A DNA stretch of 63,232 nt, the filler included, from Chiloscyllium plagiosum (lineage: Eukaryota): the NCBI RefSeq assembly GCF_004010195.1. It is 7 parts of one record of this genome, joined end to end, with 100 filler letters (N's around TTAATTAATTAA, not from the genome) between each part and the next. Parts side by side here need not be neighbours in the genome. Positions count along the whole stretch, not along the records: positions 43,195 to 50,412 come from NC_057717.1; positions 50,513 to 56,195 come from NC_057717.1; positions 56,296 to 59,124 come from NC_057717.1; positions 59,225 to 63,232 come from NC_057717.1; 3 more parts are not named here. One strand, 5' to 3'. The position numbers and the translations under genes are program-made. The notes under the pieces were generated by a model. It had not been told where the DNA came from. It made no database searches and saw only the letters and a list, made by a program, of their open reading frames with translations. How positions within the stretch are numbered: position 1 is the stretch's first letter; each line of letters begins with the position of its first letter. Positions 49,286-61,030 of this stretch are shown piece after piece.

Positions 49286-50512
49286 CACACAGTCAGGGCA
49301 ACGTACAGCAAGCTAACCAGTGTATCTAAATCTTGCTATACATGCCCTGGGAGCGTTCAATGCTGACACTAGGTATAAAATGAAGCATAAACTTTCGAGG
49401 AACATCGAAGCAGCTCGGCATCTAACAGTATGCTGTAATTGTTCCAGAAGCTCTCACTGTTGATACTGCGTTTAAGATGGAGGTGACACATTATCAGGGT
49501 AATGTAGAGAGAAATCTGCCTTGAATCTAATGTGTTCGGTGCCACTCAAAGTGCAAAGTTCCGCTTGAAGAAATTGAATGCATAAGGCCTGACACTTTAT
49601 TTGTCATCGTACTGTTCAGATGGTATCCGTTTCACAGAAGCACAGTGTGATAGCTTCATACACAGAATGTGTTTAGAAGCTCCAAGTTGGCGATCCTTTC
49701 ATCTTGAAGTAAAATCTGTCACTCATAATTAATCAGGATATCCTTATCTGTACTGTTTTACAATTCAGTTTCTGGAGTGAGACACTGGATAGTGATCAGG
49801 CGTGGAAACCCTGGCTTTTTTGCCCATCGCTGTCTCTAATCCAAGGATCACTGGACAGTGATTGGGAGCGGGAACACTGGCTCAGTACAGCTTTCTCTTA
49901 CCCAGGAATCATTGGACTGTTATCAGCAAGAGGAATCAGGCTGATTTCTCTCACTCTTGCTCTTTTTCTCACTCTCTTTCTCTCTTTCTCCTCTCTCTCT
50001 CTCTCTCTTTCTCACTCTCTATCTCTCTCTGTCTCTCAGCCAGGAATGACTGTTCAGTAATAACGATTTTCCAAAGATGTGCAGTTTGGGTCGATTGACC
50101 ATGCTAAATGTACCGCAGTAGGTGCACTGGTCATGCATCCTCCTCAAGAGTATCTTGACACTTTGGTAGCTGATGGTAAACCCTCACTATCCAACATATT
50201 ACTTGTCGAATTTCCCTAAAGTGATTACTTATTTGTAGAATAGAGGCTAATTTAAAAGCTTCGTAATTCATGAGATTCTCATGGAGTATACCAGTAGCCG
50301 TAAGCACTTCTCATTCTCGTTGTTTGATACGCATCATCCGAGATTAGCTAATAGTAACCCAGATTGAAGCAGAAACTGATGTGTGTGCTCGGGCAGTTTA
50401 TACTCCCGTTCANNNNNNNNNNNNNNNNNNNNNNNNNNNNNNNNNNNNNNNNNNNNTTAATTAATTAANNNNNNNNNNNNNNNNNNNNNNNNNNNNNNNN
50501 NNNNNNNNNNNN

Positions 50513-50770
50513 ATTCTAACAGGTTTGTCAGGCATGACCTCCCTTTACTAAATCCATGTTGACTTGTTCTAATCAGACTCTGCTCTTCCAAGAATTTAGA
50601 AGCCTCATCCTTAATGATGGATTCTAGAATTTTACCAACAACCGAGGTTAAGCTGATTGGCCTATAATTTTCCATCTTTTGCCTTGATCCTTTCTTGAAC
50701 AAGGGGGTTACAACAGCCATCTTCCAATCATCCGGAACCTTTCCTGACTGCAGTGACTCTTGAAAGATCT
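50513..50770 (-). mobile_element. CR1 LINE RT fragment
   Basis: IFQESLQSGKVPDDWKMAVVTPLFKKGSRQKMENYRPISLTSVVGKILESII...QHGFSKGRSCLTNLLE. Confidence 0.95.
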
Positions 50771-51390
50771 GTGGTCCGTGGAGCGGCGGTGGACAGGGTA
50801 GTGTGTTGATGGGGTAGATGGTGAATTGAGTGTGATTGGCCTTAGCCCGATACTCATTTTTGGTCAATTCTCCAGAATATCATCACAACGTCGGTTGATT
50901 GATAAGAAGTCAGACTCAAAGATAATATATTTTATTCCAATCAGAAAGAGGCATTGATTCAAAGTTCCTTTAGGCAGATAAAAGGATGAAAAGGAATTCC
51001 GTAATTTTGCATTAATTCAACATAGAGGGAACGGTCACAGCTTGGTCTAAATGACTGAAAGTTACACCCTTAGACTGGCTTCAAATAACGGATAGAATTA
51101 TTCAGGACAACAAAATCTTCAGCCTTCCTCGTGGGATTGTGTCTGCTCTCGACTGATCAAGTCCATGTGAATTTTGGAGAATTTATCTGTTCTTATGCGT
51201 GCGTGTTTGTGTGTTTAGGAAGCTGCGTTTCTTCTGAGTTATCTTGCGTGTAAAATAGAAACATCGATTTATTTATTATTTGAGGTCCAATTATTTGATT
51301 CATTTGGAAATTTTCGTGGATCCTCAATCGACCTGGTAACCTTTCACCCAAACTAATTACTCTCTTTTGTTTTGTTTTCCTTCATTACAG

Positions 51391-52298
51391 TTAACAATGT
51401 AACGATCTTCGTCTTGCTTTGTAAAAACTGTGGGTTGTCTCCATGTGTCATTCGTTACCTGTCACCTATGGCATCGGCGGATCTACTGGTCATTATCTTT
51501 GATTTGGTATTGAGGCACATTCCGATTGTTTATAGAGAACAGTTTTACTCCCTGCTTTACATCCGTGTCTGTAATATCCATGCCATCCTGCTTTATGCAG
51601 CCACTGACTGTTCAGTCTGGTTCACAGTCACGTTCACCATTAATCGATTTGTCGCCATTTGCAGCCAGAAGCTGAAATGCAAATATTGCAGTGAACAAAC
51701 GGCAGCTGTGGTGCTGGGCACAGTAACTGCGCTAAGCTGCTGCAAGAACATTTTTTGGTATTATATGTTCTCAGATCGATATACTCTGATTAACATTCCC
51801 TGGTTTTGTTTTATCATAAACAATATTTATTACTCGCCTGTCTGGGTCATGATTGAGGTCCTTCACCAGGTTTTAACACCAATCCTTCCATTTATCTTGA
51901 TTCTTCTGCTGAATATGTTCACTGTCAGATACATATTATTGACCAGCAGAGCCCGCAGGAGACTCTGGTCCAGAAGAATTGAACAGACTCACAAAGACAC
52001 TGAAATGGAGAGCCGAAGAAAATCCATCGTTTTACTTTTTGTCATCTCGGGCAATTTCATCTTGCTATGGTCAACGGCAATGATATATTCAATGTGGAAA
52101 CGGTTGTACAGTTTTGGATATCGTTCTCTCTACGTCCAAGGCTTTTTCATGGAATTGGGCTTCATGTTGCAGCTCCTTGGCTGCTGCACAAACACTGCAA
52201 TTTATGCTGTAGTTCAGAAGAATTTCAGACAGCAGCTTTGTAATGTATTGAAATATCCTTTCGCTCAAATTAATCAGTCTATAAAATTTACCAAATAA
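51391..52298 (+). CDS. Main coding exon of a class A orphan GPCR, GPR139/GPR142-like (shark-expanded family); N-terminal exon not identified
   Basis: Open frame with hydrophobic segments from late TM1 to TM7. Motifs: CGLS..V.RYL..MA.ADLL, TDCSVWFTV.FT.NRFVAIC, KYC, PFILILLLN, EMESRRKSI.LL, CCTNTAIY. A strong acceptor ttttgttttgttttccttcattacag ends at 51390, so the track's start at 51372 is intronic. AATAAA overlaps the stop. Confidence 0.9.
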
Positions 52299-52632
52299 TA
52301 AATAAATTCAAGATCATTGCATTTCAGTTCATAATTCAGCTGTTACGCACACTGACCACTTGGAAAGCAACTGATAGTAGTGCAAGAATATTCGCCACTT
52401 GTAGATGATACAAGGGCACGCTTCATACTCTCTTCAAATTACATCATTCTAAGTAATGCATGCAGAATTTTATAAAAGATACAAAATACACAATGTGAGA
52501 ATTCAATGTGATTTATTTTAAAAAACGAAATCGTTCTAAATTGGCAGATGAGTAATGGTTTTGTCTTTGAGGTTGGGGAACGGAGTTCGAGGAAGACAAA
52601 CTCCGTCCAAATCTGCTCATCCTGGATACACA

Positions 52633-52925
52633 TAGATTAGATTAGATTCCTTACAGTGTGGAAACAGGCCCTTCGGCCCCACACCGACCCTCTGAAGTCC
52701 AGCCCATCCCGACCCATTCCTCTACACCTAACACTATGGGCAACTTAGAATGGCCAATTCACCGAACCTGCACATCTTTGGACTGTGGGAGGAAAGCGGA
52801 GTACACCCACGCAGATACGGGGAGAACGTGCAAACTCCACACAGACAGTTACCCAAGGCGGGAATTGAACCCCAGTCCCTGGTTCTCTGAGGTAGCAGTG
52901 ATAACCACTGAGCTACCGTCTCGCC
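52633..52925 (-). mobile_element. HE1/V-SINE copy
   Basis: (TAGAT)n tail and the SINE core seen at 19661-19972. Confidence 0.9.
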
Positions 52926-54394
52926 CTGACCCGACTGAGCTCAGGAGTCGGCTTTATGCAACTCCGTTCTTGCTTTCGCCTCCACTTATCCACACTCAAA
53001 GTTTGCCTCAGCGAAATTCATCTTGCTGCGTTGCTTTGTCTGCCCTCTTCCTGTTCATTTTTCATATACCTGCTGTCTACTTTCTCCCTTTCATGCCTTC
53101 AAATTTCTTTCTCTTTCATTTCCTTCCGTCGCAATTTCATCTCTTCAACAGAAACTGAACCTCCCAACTTCTCTGCATCTTTCCGAATTCTCTCTTCTCC
53201 CTATACCTCTCTCAGTATTATGCCCTCTACCTTTCTGTCCTTTCCTTTCACTCCTTTAGACCCTTCATCCAGTTCTATTCAATTCGTTATTTCCTCTTGC
53301 TAATTTTTAGCCTTCAATCCTTCCATCATTTGCTCTCTATTTAATCTCTCTCACTTTTTTTTGCCGATTCCTTTTGATGTTTAAGTCATTCTCTCATACT
53401 ATCCCTTTCAATCCATTGAGATCCCACTGTCCATCTATTATATTTCTTAAGATTGGTTGGCCAGGAATACTCTCATCTTGGCTAACAGTCTTTCATATCA
53501 CTGCACTGCAATTCCAACTAAATTGTCATTCATTCCAATCAGATACACAAATGCAAAAGATGTGCGTGCGTGTGCATGCATCTATGTAGAAAACACATAT
53601 ACACGCATATAAATGCATTTATGTATGTACACGCTTACACGCAGAAGTATAAAGTTGTCTCCACAGATGCTGCATCAACTGTTCTTTTCTTCTGAATACA
53701 CTTCTTTCCTTTTTAAATTGCTATCTGTGTCCCAGACATCATTGGCTTGGCCAACAATTTTATTCCTGTTGCAACTTGCTGCTGAGAAGGTGATATTGAA
53801 CCGCCTATTAGAACTGTTGATTTTTACTGAACCACCGTTAATCTGTGTTTTGTATATAGGCAGGTTTTCTTTTTGAAACAAAAAACGATTAGCACGTTTG
53901 CATTCATTGCTCAGCCCTTTGAGCACAGGAGTTGGGACACGATGGTAAGTTTGTACAGGACATTCGTGAGTGTTTCTCTTCTTGAATACTGTTTCCAACG
54001 ACGGTCGCTCAGTTACAGGATTGCTATTACCAAGATGGAGACGGTTATGACGAGATTATTGGTGATATTGTCCTTTGGGCGGGTTTAATTCCATAGAAAG
54101 GCTGGATAGGTTTTTAATCGTCTTTTTTTCACTGGAGCGTAAAAAGTTGAGAGGTGACCTGGTAGAATTATAAAATGATGAGACCAATAGATAGAATTTA
54201 TGGTTATTTTCGTTTCCCTAATGTGAGAAATGTCAGTACGAGGGGAGTCACATTTTTGTCTTACTGGTGGATTGTTCATTGTCGCTATTTGATGTCAGCG
54301 CAGCACTGACATCTACTTTATGATTTTGTAAAAGAAAGATAGGGTGGGGTAATGAGATAGTCAACTGTAATTCCTGTGTGATAATTGTCAACAG

Positions 54395-54745
54395 TGGGGG
54401 TGGCAAGGTGGCGCAATGATTACCATTGCTGGCTCACAGTGCCATGGATTGGGGTTTGCTTACTGCCTCGGGCGACTTCAGTATGGAGTTTGCACATTCT
54501 CCCCGTGTCTGAGTGGATTTCCTCTGGGGGCTCCAGTTTCCTTGCACAATACAAAGATATGCAGTATAGGTGAATTGACCACGCTGAAGTACCTATTGTG
54601 TTCAAGGATGTATACATTACGTGCATTAGTCTGGGGTAAATATAGAGAATTATGGTCTTAGGGCTGAGTGGCTTACTCTTTGGCGGGTTGGTGTGGACTT
54701 GTTGCTAAATAGTTTCTGTTTCCACACAGTAGAGATGCTATCAAT
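54395..54745 (+). mobile_element. Degenerate full-length HE1/V-SINE; a CR1 fragment lies at ~53870-54260
   Basis: ggggtggcaaggtggcgcaatgattaccattgctggctcacag...ggagtttgcacattctccccgtgtctg...tgtttccacac. Confidence 0.8.
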
Positions 54746-55705
54746 ACAGACCCGTTCTCACGGATGCATTCGCCGCCCCCTACTGCAATATTTGAATTTC
54801 CACGACGGTGCAGGCAAATTCCGAACGACCACCATTTAACATGTTGTTGATGACATCAAAGATATTAGTACATGATCAGTTAGAATACAGAAAGGCGATA
54901 ACGGCTTAGCGTCGTGGTGCATATATAATCTTGCTCTGAATGACAACAAAACAAAATAACTGATCATTTACTTAATGAAGAAGGGTTTCGGGTTGGGTGG
55001 GGGGGGGGGAACATGTCTCCATCTACATTAATGGAACTGACGTTGAGAGGTTGGAGATCACTAGGTTCCGCGGAGTGATGATAATCAACATCCTGTCTTG
55101 GACCTCTCACATAGATGTGATGATCAAGAAGGTAAAAATCGCCCTCTTCTACCTCTGGTGGCTTCGGAAATTCGGCATGTCCAAGGACCCTCACCCACGT
55201 TTACAGGTTCAGAATACAAAACATACTGTCTGGCTGCAGATTGGCCGGATCCGAAAACTGCTCAACCCATGTTAGCAAGAACCTACCTCAGCTTGTGTGT
55301 ACAGTCCAGCCATTACAGAAGCCAACCTTCCATCCACGGACATGATTCACACTTCATGTTGCGACAGAAAGGTTGCCAACATCATCAATCAACCATGCCA
55401 AGCAGGTAATCCTCTCCTCCAACCTCTTCCATCATGCAGAAAATATAGAAACTTGAAATAAACACACCGACAGTTTCGAGAACAGCCTTTTCCCAGCTGC
55501 CACATGAATGCTGAAAGGGGTCCGTACCTTCAAATTATGTTGATCATATTGAACTTGCTTTGCACACCTCTTGTGCAATGTAACCTGTGAGTTTCACTCT
55601 GTCTCAGCACCCGAGGATCCATCTGTCCTTGTTTGTTCTGGTCTGTACTGCTCACAAAAAAAAAGTTTCTCTTTACTTTGATACACTTGACTACAAGAAA
55701 TCAAA
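54745..55705 (+). mobile_element. Rex1/Babar-like non-LTR retrotransposon 3' fragment
   Basis: IYINGTDVERL...LSWTSHIDVMIKK..LFYLWWLRKFGMS matches the Rex1/Babar RT C-terminal pattern (I.G..VE.V..FKFLG..I...LSW..H....KKA.QRL.FLR.L.KF). Confidence 0.7.
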
Positions 55706-56295
55706 ATGCACTGACACATTTTGGCCTTTCATATCACACCTGAGGGAATGAGGGATTTTCTCACTGATGTTTTCACGTGCAAACATCGATAAATTAACAT
55801 TACCTGATCAGGAACGCAATGTGTCTCTTTGTTTTCTCCTTTTTTGGTTTGGGAGTCTCTGTTTTCCATATTTGAAACCATTGTATCTCTATTACTAAAA
55901 TGATTATACATCAAAAATATTTGACAGTGCACTTAAGTTCTGTGTGGATTTCATTCATTTCGATGTTGTGTATCGAATACGACTTTTCGAATGAAGCTAA
56001 AACAGTAACCTTAAAGGGTTCAGTGCCCAGACGTTTTTAAATCGCATTCTCTAACAGTCTGACGACTGAACATTTGCAACATCCTGAGCGAAATAGAAAA
56101 AAATGACAACACCAATATGATAGAATTTTATCCCCCTTCAGTCCATGTTTGCTGATCTCAGTCTCTGAGACCTAGTTCAAGATGTTCCTCCCAAGNNNNN
56201 NNNNNNNNNNNNNNNNNNNNNNNNNNNNNNNNNNNNNNNTTAATTAATTAANNNNNNNNNNNNNNNNNNNNNNNNNNNNNNNNNNNNNNNNNNNN

Positions 56296-58700
56296 CCTAA
56301 ATATAATCCAGTCATTCTTTTATTACTGATTTTCCTGTGGAACGACTTGGGTTTTTCCTTGAACATATCCAACAGCAACTTCTGGTGCACCCTACTGGCT
56401 CTTCTAAGCACTCTCTGTGGATATTTTCTATCGGACCTATAAGTCTTGTGCCCGCTAACCTAGACGTCTTGCCTCACCCTCGTATAAGCCTTCTTCCTTT
56501 TGACAAGAGCTTCAACTTCTTTCATAAATCATGGCTCCCTCTCTTGACAACTACCTTCACCACTAATAGGTATATTCTTATCAGGAACCTGCAGTAGCAG
56601 TTCCTTGTGTAAGCTCCACAGGTCAAGTGTGCCAATCCCCTGCAGTTTCCTTCCCCATCCTGTGCATCCTAAACCTTAACTAATTGCATCATAATTGCTT
56701 CCCCCCCAATTCATACCTCTTCCCCTGCAGTATATATCTATCGCTGCTATTGTAAACATAACCGAATTATGTTCCCTATTGCCAAAGAGCTCACCTACCG
56801 ACAAATCTAACACGTTAATTACCCAATACCACCCCCCCACAGCAGTATATACCTATCGCTGCTATTGTAAACATAACCGAATTATGTTCCCTATTGCCAA
56901 AGAGCTCACCTACCGACAAATCTAACACGTTAATTACCCAATACCGACTCCTGTATGGCATCTGCCCTTTTAGGCCATTCAACATATTGTGTCAAAAACC
57001 ATTCTGCACACATTGAACAAATACTGACCCACCTAAATTGCTTGCAACTACAGTATTCCCAGTTTATGTTGGGGAAGTCAATGTTCCCCATTAGAACCAC
57101 CCTGTTACTCTCGCTCCAATGGAGTACCATCTTAGCCATCCCTTCCTCAACATCTCTAGAATAATTCGGAGGCATACAGAACACTCCCAGTAGAGCGAAG
57201 TCTCCTTTTCTGTTTCTAACCTTATCAAAAGTACCTCAGTGGATGAGTCCTCAAACTGAATATGAGTTATCTCATCTGCGGTATTACTACCATCTTTTAA
57301 AAATAGGACACACGCTTGGCTCTTTTAACATCCTCTCTGTTCTTGCAGAAGCATCTCTATCCTGGAATCGGTAACAACTATTCCTGTCCCTCCTCAAGCC
57401 ATGTCTCTACAGCGACCACATTAAAACCTCAGGTACCAACCAATTCTGCACTTTCACCCTCTCCTTGTTTCTAAGTCTCCTGGCATTGAAGCACACACAT
57501 TTGAAACCAACATCTTGATTGCCAGTGCCGTCTCGCAACACTTCAAACCTATCCCTGACATCACTACCCTCAACAATCTCCCCCGAAGGGAGTTGCCAAA
57601 TTTCTTCCAGGATACTGGTATCCCTCTGCTTCACGTGAAGACCATGTTGCTTTTAGAAGTCCCACATTCCTCAGAAAGAGCTCGAATTATCCAACAATCC
57701 AAAACCTTCCCTGTTGAACAGTCCTGCAGTCACGTGTTCCGCGTCGCGTTCTCCCTGCTCCTTACTTCACTAGCACGTGGCACGAACAACGAACCAAAGA
57801 TAACAACTCAGTTCGTTCCTGCTCTCAGGTTCCACCCTATCTCCTTGAATTGCTGCCTCCAATCCCTATTTTTCTTCCTCACTATGCCTATGTGGACCAC
57901 AACTTGGAACTGCTCTTGTTCCCAAACAAGGATCTGGAAAACACGACCGGAGACATCTCGAACGCTCGCACACAGGAGGCAACACACTCATCGCGAGTCT
58001 CTACTTCGTTCCCCCAAATTCTCATATCTGTCCCCGGACTACGAAATCTGCAATGATTGAAGCTCTGCTCGTTTTCCCCACTCCGATCTGAGTGACAGGG
58101 ACAGAGTCTTCGAGAGGTGCCTCTGCTCCAAAGCGTAAATGGTCGTCCCTGCAACAGCATCCAACATGGTTTACTTGTTTTGAGGGAAAAGACCACAGGA
58201 GAAACCTGCACTGCCTGCCAGCTCCCTTACAGTCACCTGATGGTAACCCAACTATCATCTTCACGGAGCTGTCGAATAACTACTTCCCTGAAAACCTTCT
58301 TAATAACGCCCCCCGCCTCCTGAATGATCCGAAATTCATCCAGCTCCAGTTCCAGTTCAATGATACGGTCCTCGAGGACATGCAGCTGCATGCACTTCCC
58401 ACAAATATAGTCAGCAGGTACATTAGAGGTGACCGTTTCCTCCCACAAACTGCAGGAGGAACATTCAACTGCGTAAACCGACACTCCCACTGCTCTAATT
58501 TTCCCAATACACCGCTGAAAAAGGGAAACACAAAAGAATATATCTATCACCTCACTAACCGATGCACTGATGTGTTTTTTTTTGTTTAGAGGAGGATTGC
58601 TGGATGGCACTGCACGAGTAGTGTTTAAGCTAAAGCAACTGCCCAAATATGGAAACTTGTGACCTCTCCGACAGCCTCCTACTCGAAGCTCCCACACTTC
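56296..58700 (-). mobile_element. CR1 LINE 5' part (ORF1 Zn-finger/coiled coil plus ORF2 endonuclease), degenerate
   Basis: VECSSCSLWE..VPADYICGKCMQLHVLEDRIIELELELDEFRIIQEAGGVI; KCVCFNARRL; VVLMGNIDFPNINWE. Confidence 0.9.
56727..56946. repeat. Direct duplication (~105 bp, period 115) inside the CR1
   Basis: gcagtatata.ctatcgctgctattgtaaacataaccgaattatg...ttacccaatacc at 56727 and 56842. Confidence 0.9.
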
Positions 58701-59224
58701 CTGCTGGAACAACAATGGCTGGGTCTGGCGCTCAGAGGAGTGGTTACGAATATTTTGCTTACCTCCCTGACACCCACTTGCTCGACGCTCGCGAACACCC
58801 GACTGCTCGAAAAACAATGGCGGGCACTGATGCGAAGGGTGAGTTTTAAAACTTTTTGCTCACCTTGCTGTCAGTCTCCTGCGCAATGCTCCATGGACTC
58901 TTTCTCTCGCTCACACTCCCACTCTCTCTGCCTTACCTTTCAGTCTCAATGAATCTCTCGCTCTCCCTCTCCTTCTGTCTTTATCAGACACACACACTCG
59001 CTCGTTCTTCTCTCTCCCTCTGACCCAGTGACCGGAAATATGTGGAGAGCTTGACGGAGGCGTGGAAGGTTAGACAGCTGTGGGGTGTTGGAAGGAGGGA
59101 GAAAATTAGGGAGAGATAAAAATGNNNNNNNNNNNNNNNNNNNNNNNNNNNNNNNNNNNNNNNNNNNNTTAATTAATTAANNNNNNNNNNNNNNNNNNNN
59201 NNNNNNNNNNNNNNNNNNNNNNNN

Positions 59225-59708
59225 GGGGTCAGGGAGACGTAGGTCATCTTAAGGCGGGGGTTATGGGCAAGGGTCATGGCTCGTCCCCTCTCCCCTCCCC
59301 CGGGGGTTTATTCAACTTTCACCGGGGGTCTGGATTGTCTGTGAGTCCCTCCCAGTCCCAGGTGGGGGACGGCGGGGCACTGTGCGCATTGGATAAGGTC
59401 GGTAAAACCGTACGGGCAGCAAGCGCCTGGGCTTCTAGATGCTCCGTGTCCTGCTGCTTCTTGTCTTGGACATAAAGCTGAAACTTGCCAGCAAGACTAA
59501 CGTGTGCCTGTAGCACCAGGACGCACGCTTTCTCATACCTATCTTTCTTCTGGCGGGCCCACCATTCGCGCTGTATATCCAGCGGGTCAGCGGGTCGCCA
59601 GCCTGAGCGAAGCATAGCCTTAATAACTTATTTATTATCCTCGGCTATAAAACGGGTAAGGGAAACCTCCGGCCCCCAATCTAGGTCTACAACCGCGCTT
59701 CCACCCAT
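59225..59708 (-). pseudogene. Disrupted gag N-terminus (matrix-like plus Pro-rich region)
   Basis: ccATGG start gives MGGSAVVDLDWGPEVSLTRFIAEDNK*VIKAMLRSGWRPADPLDIQREWW...APPSPTW, in frame with track ORF 59319-59615. Stops at 59630-59628 and 59321-59319. Confidence 0.55.
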
Positions 59709-59788
59709 GGTAGGGGCGCAGCGGGTGTAACTTGACAAAAGCTAAACTAAATTAAAGCTAGCAGGCGTGCTAAGGGATGTCGCTGGCA

Positions 59789-60292
59789 CTAGCTTTTTAA
59801 TCTCCCAGTCGGGGGAGTCCACTTCCTGTAAGTCGAACCCTCGCCCCGCGGGTCAACCTGGGCAGGGTTGGGGATATTTACAGATGGGGCGCGTGTCAAT
59901 TCCTGAGCGCGCCACCCAGGGCTTCCGTGAGTCTCTCTCACCGCCTGACGTTCAGCGGCCGTGTGTACCCCATGAACACTAGGCGTGAACCAGAGGCCCG
60001 AGTGCAAGGGGGGGCGTGAACTCAGACCTAACCGCGCCTGATCCTGCAGAGGCCAACACCTCGGGACCGCAAAGTCAATGGGCACTAAGGAAGGTGCTAA
60101 AACCGCGCTCAAGGTACAAAGGGGTCCCCTATCTCCCACTGCAGCGGTCAACCAGGAAGGCTTGTTTGGTCGGTTTTTAAACAGGGGTTCCATCTGTCGG
60201 GGTCTCGTACATGAAGCCGTCGTCCAAGGATAGTCCGTCAGTCGCAGTAGCACATTAACAATAAATGGCAATAATAATAATCGTGCACACAT
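59789..60292 (-). CDS. Hypothetical 167-aa ORF in the retroviral leader upstream of gag
   Basis: True ATG at 60292; uninterrupted frame; hydrophobic N-terminus (MCARLLLLPFIVNVLL). No family recognised. Confidence 0.25.
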   Translation of the reverse strand: MCARLLLLPFIVNVLLRLTDYPWTTASCTRPRQMEPLFKNRPNKPSWLTAAVGDRGPLCTLSAVLAPSLVPIDFAVPRCWPLQDQARLGLSSRPPLHSGLWFTPSVHGVHTAAERQAVRETHGSPGWRAQELTRAPSVNIPNPAQVDPRGEGSTYRKWTPPTGRLKS

Positions 60293-60530
60293 TTACTCGT
60301 GCTCCGTGACCCCAATCGCCCACCCGTGAAAGATCACTCACACGCGCACACACACACACACTTTTAAAGAGTACTCTACCGTTACACGACTGCCAGACTC
60401 ACTCTGTTCACAGGTTCAGATAACGGCCGGCAGTGAAGTCCCTTGCGGGGCACTGGGAGACTTTTACGCGAGAAGTAAAAGAGTAAAGACACTCACCCAG
60501 TGCCGTCGCAGGGATCCAGCAGCCGTCGTT

Positions 60531-60549
60531 ATCCCGGGACGAGCCCCCA
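60531..60549 (-). promoter_or_regulatory. tRNA-Pro primer binding site
   Basis: TGGGGGCTCGTCCCGGGAT equals the canonical Pro PBS TGGGGGCTCGTCCGGGAT with one extra C; it starts 2 nt after the LTR end. Confidence 0.85.
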
Positions 60550-61030
60550 AATATTAGCGCGGATGAAATGATATCAGTCCGAGCCCAGAGTGCGGTTCAA
60601 CAATCGGTTAAGTTTATTGATATAGAAACACCCGCGGAGACCATCCGAGGTCCGAATCTCGGCTGATCTGCTTTTCCCGCACGCTGCTACACATCATATA
60701 CCTTTCTTTGTCAGGATGTGAGGATTTTGAGTATGAATGGGATGATGGTTCGCCATCATCGCTGGAGTAGGTGCAAATGGTGGGTTTCCTGCCGTCCAAA
60801 AGAGTTGCAGTGCACACACAATAGGGTGCTAATTGGATTATGTGGACGGGTCTGGGTACTATCTGCTTGTCTCTCTCTGTGAGGGCTGGGGGCTAGCACC
60901 CCCCTTTGTTCCCTTGGGGTGCTGGTGTGTATTAGTCTTTTCGTTCCTGTCTGGTGGATGCCTGTCCTTTGTGTCAGGATGGTTCTGTATTGATGAACAT
61001 GGATGTGTTTCAGTCAGTTTCTTGATTTTC

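Noticed and set aside
51336..51390. Possible 55-nt intron (cctg|gtaacc...ttacag) giving P-V-N at the GPCR junction
   Set aside because: Unusually short for a vertebrate intron, and the upstream frame (IWKFSWILNRP) does not look like TM1.
52930..53400. Hydrophobic F/L/S-rich ORFs downstream of the GPCR
   Set aside because: Low-complexity pyrimidine-rich strand, probably antisense of a decayed purine-rich repeat; no coding evidence.
15994..59224. TTAATTAATTAA centred in ~100-nt N-runs (near 16038, 30581, 43139, 50457, 56240, 59169)
   Set aside because: Artificial all-frame-stop contig linker, not biological. It also means order and adjacency across these gaps are unverified.
59249..59262. CCC CCG CCT TAA could be a mutated PPPY late domain in gag
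   Set aside because: It lies in a different frame from the gag remnant and needs both a frameshift and a substitution, so it cannot be supported.
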